From Octopus sinensis (Eukaryota): a stretch of 64,000 bases of DNA. The stretch's first letter is position 1. Every line of letters begins with the position of its first letter. Positions 26,451-37,268 of the stretch are shown one piece after another. The translations under genes were made by a program, and so were the position numbers. Where the stretch lies: contig NC_043005.1 in the NCBI RefSeq assembly GCF_006345805.1, forward strand, positions 64,418,001-64,482,000, given 5' to 3'. The notes below the pieces were generated by a model. That model was not told the origin of the DNA and did no database searches. It saw nothing but the letters and a program-made list of their open reading frames with translations.

Positions 26451-27305
26451 CTCCCTCCCTCCTCTCTTTCTAACAAACACGACCAATGATATCAACGTAT
26501 AAACTTTACATCTATTAAACTGTACTTAAGGTTTGTTATTTCCATTGTTGCTCACAACCATCAATATTCCAACACAACCTTTCACAAATCATAATCCAGC
26601 CCATAATCTGTACCATTATAAACTCATGGAAGGAAGTGAATTACAAACTAGAGAGTCCAAGGCGGGGAAATAGAAATGTCTTAATGGACAACAGCGGTAC
26701 TAAATCGGCATTCTGCTCTGGTCTCGGAAGGGTAAAATAATGCGTTTTATTATATTTTTTCCGAAATGAATGTGCCAGAGAATAAATAGCTTTGGATTTT
26801 GTCTTCCCTATAATTAACAAAAGAATAAATTTATTGGTAATGGAATTCATTTTATTTTAGGTGTGAACGTGTAGCATAAACAGTTCGATTTCGGTTCGAG
26901 AATTAGAAAGGAAATATCAATCGAACTGAAAACAGGTATTATTAGAGCATCGGAAAAATTCTTGACATTGTTTGTTGCAGCTGCTTACAGTCTGAGTTCG
27001 AATCCTACTAAGGTCAACTTAAACTTTTCATCTCTTTGTGGTCGATAAAATAAAGAAACAGTAAAGTACTGGGGTTGATGTAATCGGTTAATCCCCTTCC
27101 CTCGGAGTTGCTGGTGGAACTGTTAACACTACAATCAAAATACTAAGCAAAAAATTACAAGCAAAATTCTAAGCTTTACATTCCGAGTTCAAATTCTACT
27201 GAATCTTTTCGGAGTCGATGAAACAAGTACCACTTGAACGCAGGAGTCGATGTAATCGACAAGTGCCCCCCCCCCCAACAATTTCAGGCATGATTATTAT
27301 TGTTG

Positions 27306-27342
<37 letters not shown>

Positions 27343-27745
27343 GACGAGCTGACAGAATCGTTAGCACGCACTGCGAAATGCCTAACGGGATTTCGTCTGC
27401 CGTTACGTTCTGAGTTCAAATTCAGCCGAGGTCGACTTTGCCTTTCATCCTTTCGGGGTCGATTAAATAAGTACCAGTCACGCACTGGGTCGATGTAATC
27501 GACTTAATCCGTTTGTCTGTCCTTGTTTGTCCTCTCTGTGCTTAGTCCCTTGTGGGTAGTAAAGAAATAGGTATTTCGTCTGCCGCTATGTTCTGAGTTC
27601 AAATTCCGCCCAGGTCAACTTTGCCTTTCATCCTTCGAGATCGATAAAATTAATACCAGCTACGCACTGGGTCGATGTAATCGACTTAATCCCTTCCCTC
27701 AAATTTGACTCCTTGTACTTCCAGTAAAAAGAATTATTATTATTA
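27343..27745 (+). mobile_element. SINE family 2 (GAGCTGGCAGAAACGTTAG head; GCCTTTCATCCTTTCGGGGTCG body), dimeric; representative copy
   Basis: B-box-like GAGTTCAAATTC. Other copies at about 16230-16422(-), 24235-25028(-), 31043-31445(+), 34408-34610(+), 48793-49019(+), 50605-50825(+), 55815-56000(+). Confidence 0.88.
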
Positions 27746-27755
27746 GTAGTATTAC

Positions 27756-27791
<36 letters not shown>

Positions 27792-27929
27792 AGCAGTGAG
27801 CTGGCAGAATCGTTAGCACGCCGGGAAAAATGTTTAGCGATATTTTGTTAAAATAAGTATCAGCTGAGCACCGGGTCGATGCAATTGACTAGCCAACCCC
27901 CCCCGTCCCCAACTCCTGAACAGGAGGGG

Positions 27930-29390
27930 CTCAGAATAGGCAGTAAAAATTCAAATGGTTGGAGTTGCCTTAAAAACAAAGCCATCTACTCAATGACCTC
28001 AGGTCACTAATTATAGATGTGATTATCAGTAAGACCAGACTTTTCGATTTATAGGCTTTCATGCTTATTTTTGGTGGATATGAGATTTACTGATTTCCAT
28101 GCAACCAGGAATGGTTGGCGGGGAGCTGCAGTATTGTTCTATAAAGATCTGGATCTCAAGATAAGGGCTATCTTCCTGGACCAAGAAAGTAAACTGGCAA
28201 TCCTGAATGTCTTCAGACTGGTTGGCTGTTTTATGCTCTGACAAGGTAAAGACAGCCAGATTTCTTCAGATGGCTGGGAGCTTTCCTGAGAGTTTTTCAA
28301 CCATTTTAGTGCCGGAACGTCAACTTGGATGCCGGTTTGGATTGTGTGGAACTAGCTATTTGACAAGGTGAGTGCAAAAGCATTACTGCCTGTTCAGACA
28401 CTTCCAAATGTCTAACAGGTACTAACTGAATTTCCCGAATGTTCCAGTGTGGACGAGGACAAACCGCATCAGGTCATCCATGTCATATCTTGATACAATT
28501 TTCTGTAGAACAGTACATAAGAACAACATAAGCTGTCCACTTTGTAAAATCGTCAGCTACACAGACCACAAATTTGTAACTATGTTGACAACACTACCTA
28601 TCTGTCTTAGACACTCCCTTTCTCTCTCAACAACTTTTGCTCTTCCCTTCTAAACATACATTGTGACAGAGTTTATCTCTTCTTTTGATTCTTCTCCTTC
28701 TTCCCTCCCTATATAGTCAACCTAGATAGGTTTCTTAGGCAGGGATCTGGTTACAGGCAGCTGAATACTCCTCGAGTGCTAAGTTTACACCGACCATATT
28801 AGCAAATTAGCTAAATAAGTGTTGATGGAGGCAGTCATAACGATAAATGGTGGTTTGCCCTGAAAAGGGCAAATAGAGTAGAATTGACCAGGTTTAGTGA
28901 GGCATTGGCGATTGAAAGAAATAGAATAGAAGGAAACTTAGAAGAGGTGCTTAGGAAATGTATTGTAACTGATATGCTTACAGCGAGACTAGCTCCTGAC
29001 CAATTCTTCAATTCTTCATGCTTAGCACGAAGGTTGCATTGTCAGAGCTAAGGTGTTTGTTCTAAGACACAAGAGAATGAAAGCTGCTTAATGGTCTCAA
29101 GTGTTGGAGGCAAACTGTGGCAACAAAACCATAATTCGGTCTTTTGGGGACTAATATGGGTGCAGGTTATTTGGGTCCAAGCAGATGTGTGCAGCATTTT
29201 GCTCAACTCCTTGGGATGGATTGGTAAACCAGATCACAGAATGGACTTCAGTGCATTGCTTGATGGCATGCCATGACTCATCAGTTGAAAATAAATATTC
29301 CATGCAGGTATCAGGTCTGATAATTGAAATCTTCAGAGAAGTAACTTGTGCCAACTGAGGTTCTCACATATCTGTCCTAGTAGCATTAAA
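27930..29390 (+). mobile_element. Decayed Tx1/L1-like LINE (APE endonuclease and linker), interrupted by a 140-bp insert
   Basis: GGGAAVLFYKDLDLKIRAIFLDQESKLAILNV; WTRTN...SYLDTIF...SYTDHKFVT; frame resumes VNLDR...GSGYRQLN after 28714. Confidence 0.7.
28576..28714 (+). repeat. 140-bp pyrimidine-rich element, second copy at 32043-32182
   Basis: Direct repeat with few differences; this copy interrupts the Tx1-like endonuclease frame. Confidence 0.8.
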
Positions 29391-29449
29391 TCCAAGCTAT
29401 AGATTTAAAATTCAAGTTTATGATAAACCGTACACCACAGATACAATGT

Positions 29450-29724
29450 ATGTGTGTGTACATGAGTGAGTGTGTGTGCGTGTGTGTGTGTACTTGTGCA
29501 TGTGTATGTCTTAATGTGAGGTGTGTGTATGTGTGTGTGTGTCTGTGTGTGTGTCTGTGTGTGTGTGTGTGTGTACTTGTGCATGTGTATGTCTGAATGT
29601 GAGTGGTGTGTGTGTGTGTGTATGTGTGCGTGCGCGTGTGTGCTTGTGCATTTGTATGTCTGAATGTGAGGAGTGTGTGTGTGTGTGTGTGTACTTGTGC
29701 ATGTGTATGTCTGAATGTGAGTGG

Positions 29725-29755
<31 letters not shown>

Positions 29756-29862
29756 TGTGTGTGTGTGTGCGTGCGTGTGTGTGTGCGTGCATTTGTATGT
29801 CTGAATGTGAGGGGTGTGTCTGTGTGTACGTACTTGTGCATGTGTATGTCTGAATGTGAGTG

Positions 29863-29900
<38 letters not shown>

Positions 29901-30030
29901 GTGCATCTGTAAGCCTGAATGTGAGGGGATGTATGTGTGTACTTGTGCATGTGTACATCTAAATGTGAGAGAGGTATGTGTGTGTGTGTGTACTTGTGCA
30001 TGTGGTATGTCTGAACGTGAGGGGTGCGTG
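29450..30030. repeat. Compound minisatellite: about 9 units of TACTTGTGCATGTGTATGTCTGAATGTGAG plus variable (TG)n
   Basis: Core recurs with a period of roughly 45-90 bp. Confidence 0.85.
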
Positions 30031-30365
30031 TGTACTCATGCGTTTGCATATATAAATACCGGGACTTGCTGTAATGGACAAATGTATACACACAAAACCA
30101 AAATGATTTTAAGTGAAATGTTTGTGTTTAAATTTAAGCAAAAAGGTTTTTGCTTTTAATTGGTGTGAAGCTAATGATTTTCATTGATCTTTTCGAAAAT
30201 ACATACAGTATTGACCAAATCTAACATTTAAACAAGTTCACTGTGCTTCATTAATAATTACCTCATGTCTCATAAAACAAGGCAAGATTTAAACATTAAT
30301 ATAAAGTTAAATAGTTTTGGGATTTGGTTTGCAAGATTCTTTATATGAGTTCGTGTGTTGAAGCA

Positions 30366-30700
30366 TATTCTGTTGTGTCTGGGGAGAGTCATTTTCTTTT
30401 TGGGCCTTATAATGTAACACACTCACCAGAAAAATTTCCAATTTTTTCTTATTTTATTTTCCAAAATTTTCGTTGCGTCTTGCAGCCTTCTCAATAGTCT
30501 TGACTCTGTCCGTTATTTACATTGTGTTCCTTTTTGTTAGTATGTAAATAACGGACAGAGTCAAGACTATTGAAAAGGTTGCAAGATGCAACGAAAATTT
30601 TAGGAAAAATCAAATAAGAAATAAGTGGAAATTTTTCTGGTGAGTGTGTTACATTATAAGGCACAAAAAGAAAATGACTCTTTCCAGACACAACAGAATA
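30366..30700. repeat. Long inverted repeat (arms 30366-30522 and 30542-30700, 19-nt spacer)
   Basis: Two opposed copies of a dispersed repeat also seen at about 14365-14535, 15345-15510 and 34220-34385. Confidence 0.9.
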
Positions 30701-30937
30701 AAGTTAAATGTTGTCCTTGTATTAAAAGTAACTGATTTTGCATTCCTATTTCTGATATGAATTTATTTACACAGCAGATACAGTACCCCCAATGTATTAT
30801 ATAATACTAGTCGTATCCGTCACGATGCTGCCAGGTACAGCAGAAACCTAATATAACGATCACATTGATATGCTCAACAGTAACCGATTTTTTTTTCTTG
30901 AAACAAATTTTAATTCATTCTTTCACACACACACACA

Positions 30938-30986
<49 letters not shown>

Positions 30987-31559
30987 AACAACAAGAGCAA
31001 CAACAACAACCTGTCATTATTGTAAAAGTTTTAAGGCAGCGAGCTGGCAGAAACGTTAACACACCGAGAGAAATGCTTAGCGGTATTTCATCTGTCCTTA
31101 CGTTCTGAGTACAAATTCCACCGAGGTTGACTTCGCCTTTCATCCTTTTGAGGTCGATTAAATAAGTACCAGTTACGCACTGGGTCGATGTAATCGACTT
31201 AATCCATTTGTCTGACCTTGTTTGTCCTCTCTGTTTGTCCTCTCTTTACTACCCCTTGTGGGTAGTAAAGAAATAGGTATTTCATCTGTCATTACTTTCT
31301 GAGTTCAAATTCCGCCAAGCTTAACTGTCCCTTTCATCCTTTCGGGGTCGATAAACTAAGTACCATTTGCATACTGGGGTCAATCTAATCAACTGCCCCC
31401 CTCCCCAAAAATGTTGGGCCATGTGCCTAGAGTAGAAAAGATTATTGTGAAAGTCTTTCTTAAAAGTTTGTGTTACATTGTCTATATGATGAAAGACATA
31501 GAAACACACACAAACAATCAAAATGGTAACTATATGTATTATATATATATATATATATG

Positions 31560-31604
<45 letters not shown>

Positions 31605-31609
<5 letters not shown>

Positions 31610-31846
31610 CAATCAGGAACGGCCATAATAGGCCATTCACCCACTAGAAATAACAGCCAAAGCTTCAACCGCAAATAAAAATCAATTCCGTAAACCAGGA
31701 GAAAATTAAAAAACATTTACCCTGTAATTTCTTAAATTTTTTAATTTTCTCCTGGTTTACGGAATTGATTTTTATTTGCGGTTGAAGCTTTGGCTGTTAT
31801 TTCTAGTGGGTGAATGGCCTATTATGGCCGTTCCTTGATTGTGATG
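31605..31846. repeat. Near-perfect palindrome (arms 31605-31713 and 31737-31846, 23-nt spacer)
   Basis: Arms appear identical apart from a 1-nt indel. Confidence 0.92.
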
Positions 31847-33143
31847 TTGAACTTAAAAATGGTCTGTGACTATTTAATTTTTTCCCACTAGGCCGCTGGT
31901 GGCAAAAAAATTCTACAAAATTTTTTGCCACCCTATATTGATTAAATATATATATATACATATAGTTATTTTTTTATGTCTCCGTTGTGTTGCATGTTGA
32001 CTTGCACTAAAATTTTTCACATTTTCTAATCAGAACTTATTAGTAACTATGTTGAAAACACTACCTATCTGTCTTAGACACTCCCTTTCTCTCTCAACAA
32101 CTTTTGTTCTTCCCCTTCTAAACATACATTGTGACAGGGTTTATCTCTTCTTTTGATTCCTCCCCTTCTTCCCTCCCTATATTAGATGTTGTGTGGATAG
32201 ACAGATGGAGATTAACTTCTCTTTTATAACCTAAGATTTACCTCCAGCCTCAACTTGTCAACCTTTCCAGCTGCCTAATAGACACATCTCTGTATTCCAG
32301 AATTTATCCAATATATTTAAACGCTTATCCATTTGATTTTATCTTTAAAATATTAGGTGCTGATTCTGCTTGACATCATGTCAAAATAAATGTGGTCTTC
32401 ACCATATTATCATGTCATGTACATTTCTGGATTTATGCACTACCCTAGTTATTCTAATAAAAAAATAGATATAAAAATTCATAATAATAGGCACAAATGT
32501 GGCTATGAGGTTAAGAAGCTTGTTTTCCAGCCTTATGATCTTGGTTTTCAGTACCTTAGGAAAATATCATCTACTGTACTATAGTCTTGTGCGAACCAAA
32601 GCCTTCTGGGTGGATTTGGTAGGTGAAAACTGAAAGGAACCCATCCTGTGTATGTGTATGTATGTCCTTGTGCTTGTGTTGTGTCTGTCCCCTACAACTG
32701 ATTGGCAACCAGTGTTGGTTTGTTTACATCCCTGTAACTTTGACTTAGTGGTTGAGAAAAACAGACTGACTGAATAAATACCAGACTTAAAAATAAATAC
32801 TGGGGTAGATTTCTTTGACTAAATCCTTCAAAGCAGTACCCCAATAAACCCACAGTCCAATGACTCAAACAAGTAAAACGTAAACAGCAGAAATAACTGG
32901 TACAATTTAACGGCTCATTTTAGCATGAACTGAACTGAACTTAAACTGGAAAGAGGTGCATGATGAGGTGGTATGAGTTAAGGTAGTGAGTAGCACTTGG
33001 GTCAGGACCGTTTTGCTCAAATAGTTGATCTCCGCTTCATCTCACAGTCCACCAATATAAACACATGTCAAAATACTGAGATGAGAAAGTGAAGAACAAA
33101 TAAAATCCAAGAGGCAAACTCGGGAAAGAGATTTATGGAAAAT

Positions 33144-33155
33144 TTTTAATTTATT
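33144..33155 (-). terminator. Candidate polyadenylation signal overlapping the dynein stop codons
   Basis: Minus strand reads AAA TAA TAA ATTAAA: AATAAA at 33155-33150, then ATTAAA. Confidence 0.4.
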
Positions 33156-33437
33156 ATTTGATATCACAGAGTAAAGCAACACCTCTTAATATCCAATGCT
33201 CTGGAGGTTTGTTTGTTTTGAGCAGGAGAGGAAATATGTAAGTGAGATCAGTACGCTGTGGTTTCTTGTACACAGGACAATCATAGATATCATTGCTTTT
33301 TGGTCTCTCAGTGTTAATTGCAAAAATATGGACAACAGGAAGTATTACATTGAGTACTTTGGGCGTCTGCTCAATTACACGGCTGTTCCGCTTGTCCCAG
33401 GCTGCCCCATCCAAGAAAAGTCCATGTACATATACAC
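33154..33437 (-). CDS. DNAH5: Dynein terminal exon E14 (284 coding nt): [15 protein letters not shown]...[13 protein letters not shown]
   Basis: tttcag acceptor; TAA stop at 33156-33154 followed by a second TAA. Confidence 0.96.
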
Positions 33438-36400
33438 CTGAAATAGAATAATTAAGTTAGTCTGATGTTATCTACATTTATCTAAAAAGAGATTTTAATT
33501 TTGATTCTAACCACATTTGTTCACTCTTTGTAAAAAAACCATGCCTTAAGTAATCGTTAAGTATTCTCAATTTCTACTTCTTTAATACAGTTTTATCAGC
33601 CACAGAGCATATAGCTTGACTGAGTTGAAGGAAATATCCAATGAGACATGCACATCAATATCACAACTCCAGCTATTCATGAACAATTTACAGCTAAAAC
33701 CTATAGACCCATATTATACTATAAATGCCAGGCTATGTCAGATGTTATGTTTTAGATACTCCTATTCCTTAATGGTTGGGTGAAGACATTCAAGAACAAA
33801 GATGTTATAGGCAGACACAATCATCAACTTCCTGACTTGCCAATTGAATGGAAAACAAAGGTTCCTGGCATGGCATGTCAGTTGCAATTGCTGGAAGAAG
33901 GAAGAGAGACATATCTGGATCAGTGCCTACATTGCATTTTTAAAAAGCTCATTTGGCTGTTAGAGTAAACTAACTCACACCACAATAGAGACAACGAGGC
34001 AATGTCTATGTGGTTACTCAACATGCAAGAAATAGAAACTAAACCATTCTTAAGTTATGTCTTATCCTTTTGAAAAGAGATTGAGACATTAGATAATATA
34101 AAGGTGGATATACAATGTCCAACAGAACAGGGTGGGAATGGCATGAATACATTTGATTAGTCTGCTCAGTTAGAATTGGGGTTGAATAACAATAACAGCA
34201 ACAACAAACAAAAGGGAACGCAGTGTAAATAACGGACAGAGTCAAGACTATTGAAAAGGTTTTAAGACACAATGAAAATTTTAAGAAAATAAAAATAAGA
34301 AATAAGTGGAGATTTTACTGGTGAGTGTATTACATTATAAGGCACAAAAAGAAAATGACTCTCCCCAGACACAATAGAACAACAACAATATTTATATCCC
34401 AAATAAGGCGATGAGCTGGCAGAATCATTAGCATGCTAGGCAAAAGGTTTAGCAGCATTTTGTCCATCTTAACATTCCGAGTTCAAATTCTCACTGGTCA
34501 ACTTTGCTTTTGATCCTTTCTGATTCAATAAAATGAGTACCAGTTGAGCACTTGGGTCAATGTAATTGACTTAACTCCTTTCCCGATCTTGCTGGCCTTG
34601 TACCAAAGATTTTAAATAAATATCATACCACAAATAAAGTGTTCAACACTGTCCCATAATTGAAATGTTAGGACTAGCAAAAGCTACATTCCAGCAGACA
34701 CACCTATCTCACCTTTTATCAACCTTACTTTGCATTACCTTCCTGAACCCCATAATAAATACATCACTCTTGTCTCACCAGAACTGACATGTCTTATCTG
34801 TCTGGAAAGGATAAAAGTACATCATGGATACTACTCCCACCTATTCCAATAAATTAAACCATTAACATTTGTATCTCACTGCCTGCAGCATACCATGTTC
34901 AAATTGATGATCATTAACCCTATTGTATTCAGCTTACTTAAATGCACCCATTACACTCTCAGAGTGGTTGGCATCAGGAAGAGCATCTAGTCATAGAAAC
35001 CATGCCAAATTGGACTGAAATCTGGTGCCGCCCCTCAGATTACCAGCCCTGGTCAAACTATTCAACCCATCCCAGTATGGCCAACTGACATTAATGATGA
35101 TGATGATGATGATGATTACTCTGTTAGAGGTAATGCTTATCTATTCACATTGTTTTGAATTAATTATGCATTTTCTAATCACTTCAAGATTTTGATGATG
35201 TGACTGTTTATATTTAGAATGACATTGTAGGGTAGGTGTGAGAGATTGGATGTAGCCAGTCTGAACATGAAATATGTAGAATATTTGGGGCAGGTATGGC
35301 CAGTTTAAATGCCAAAGGGTTGAACCATGGTCACTTAATCTACACATTTATAAACAGATGTGGAATAGTTCATCCTGGTAACAGCAGAAACACTTGTAAT
35401 GTGAGAGAATGTCTTATGTTATGATAAAAGACTATTTTATGTAGAAATATTGACTCTGACAAGTATATTTTCCTTAGATGCACAACAAGAATAAAAACGG
35501 TCGTATAAGTACCATTTGAAAACAAACTACCCAACATTTGAAGATAAACACACACTCAAACACCCTCACACTATTTTATGATGCTAATCTCTCTATATAT
35601 AAATGTATGGCAGGTTTGGTATACTTCAACTAACACTATCTCCTCTGAGACCCTGCGGTGCAAGTTGACCAAAATTGAGATTATGATAGAAGAAGGCTTG
35701 CTCTTCATTCCGTAGAAGAAAAAAATTCAAATCGGACCACGTAAACACCAAAAATTATTTACATCAAAAAGGTGCTTTTTTTTCTATGAAAATCCCTATT
35801 TTTTACGATTTTTTGACTGCTGTGCCGCCATTTTTCGGTGTATTTCAACCAGAAAAATGTTCACTTAAAGAGAATAACAAGCTACATAATTCAAAATTTT
35901 AATTTTCAAAAATTCTAATTCTAAAGGGTCGAAACAAACTCGAGCAACGCCAGGCGATACTGCTAGAATGGAATATAAAAAAATATAAATGCTTCTAGTA
36001 TTGTAAAATCATTTAAACTTAAATAAATATTGATTCTGATTGGTATTTAGGTTGACAGTGAAGTAAGAAAACTCAAAGTTAGAATTAGGATTTAAAATTA
36101 AGATCATTATAAAGCTTAATGTAGATATAGGTGCAGTGTAGCTATGTGGTAAGAAGTTTGCTTCACAACCACATGGTTCTGGGTTCAGTCCCACAGTGGA
36201 CAAGTGTCCTACCTTGGGCAAGTGTCTTCTACTATAGACTCGAGCTGACCAAAGCTTTGGGAGAGTATTTGGTAGACTGAAACTAAAAGAAGCCCATCTT
36301 TGCGTGTGTGTGTGTGTGTGTGGTGTGTGTGTGTGTGGTGTGTGTGTGTGTGTGTGTGAGCGTGTAACTGTGTGTATCTGTGTGTCTGCGTTTGTTCCCC

Positions 36401-36998
36401 ACTAATGCTTGACAACTAGTGTTGGTGTAACATAGTGGATCAGCAAAAGAGACCAATAGATTAAGTACTAGGCTTAAAAATATTAAGTCCAGACTTTGAT
36501 TTGTTTGACTAAAAGGTCTTTTAATGTGGTGCCCCAGCATGGCCACAGTCAAATGACCGAAACAATTAAAGGATAAAAGATATCATTTATATTTCATACA
36601 TTCCTAATAAAGCATTTATAATTTGATTCAAATACCAAAAATCTCATACATAAATAAATCCTTGTTTCATACCTTCCTGTGGAGCAGAATTGATATCCTC
36701 TTTCATTGATTTTGTGACATTGTTGTTTAAAACAACAGCATCTAAGGCCCAACCTTTGTGTGCCCTTGTGATCTCCTGGCGCATAGCAGTGAGAAAACCC
36801 TAAAGATTTAACAGAAGACAATAATAGAAAATCGCATTTGAATATGGAAGACTTTACTTTGAATAAATATATAAAAAGAATATTATATGTCTACATATAT
36901 CGTTGCATATTAGATTTACTTCATGACACATACTATATATGCACAAGGAAAATCATTCTACTACAGAATTGAGGCATTAGAAATAACACATTCTAGTT

Positions 36999-37032
<34 letters not shown>

Positions 37033-37233
37033 CATACATATATATTCGCCATGATAGATTGCTAGCTACTACACATTCTTTATTTTCTCTCCTTGTTTCT
37101 TTCTGTATTCCTTTCTGTGGAAGAGTGTAGGCTCGAAATGTTAAAGACTTTTTCACCTCCCAATCGTTAAACTAATACATCTGTTTGTTGCCTACACCAC
37201 CTGTCTTCATCTTTTGACTTTTTCGTGAATTCT

Positions 37234-37268
<35 letters not shown>

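Noticed and set aside
26077-26502. 141-aa ORF with a hydrophobic segment followed by basic residues
   Set aside because: GTG start, runs into a (CT)n repeat, no homology recognised; hydrophobic runs are common in AT-rich ORFs.
29386-30091. His/Thr-rich and Val/Cys-rich ORFs; likewise 1050-1598, 17037-17729, 51148-51720 and 58684-59086
   Set aside because: They arise from CA/TG, TA and trinucleotide microsatellites.
33600-34000. Possible decayed RT (KTYRPI-like motif)
   Set aside because: Only one short motif; insufficient support.
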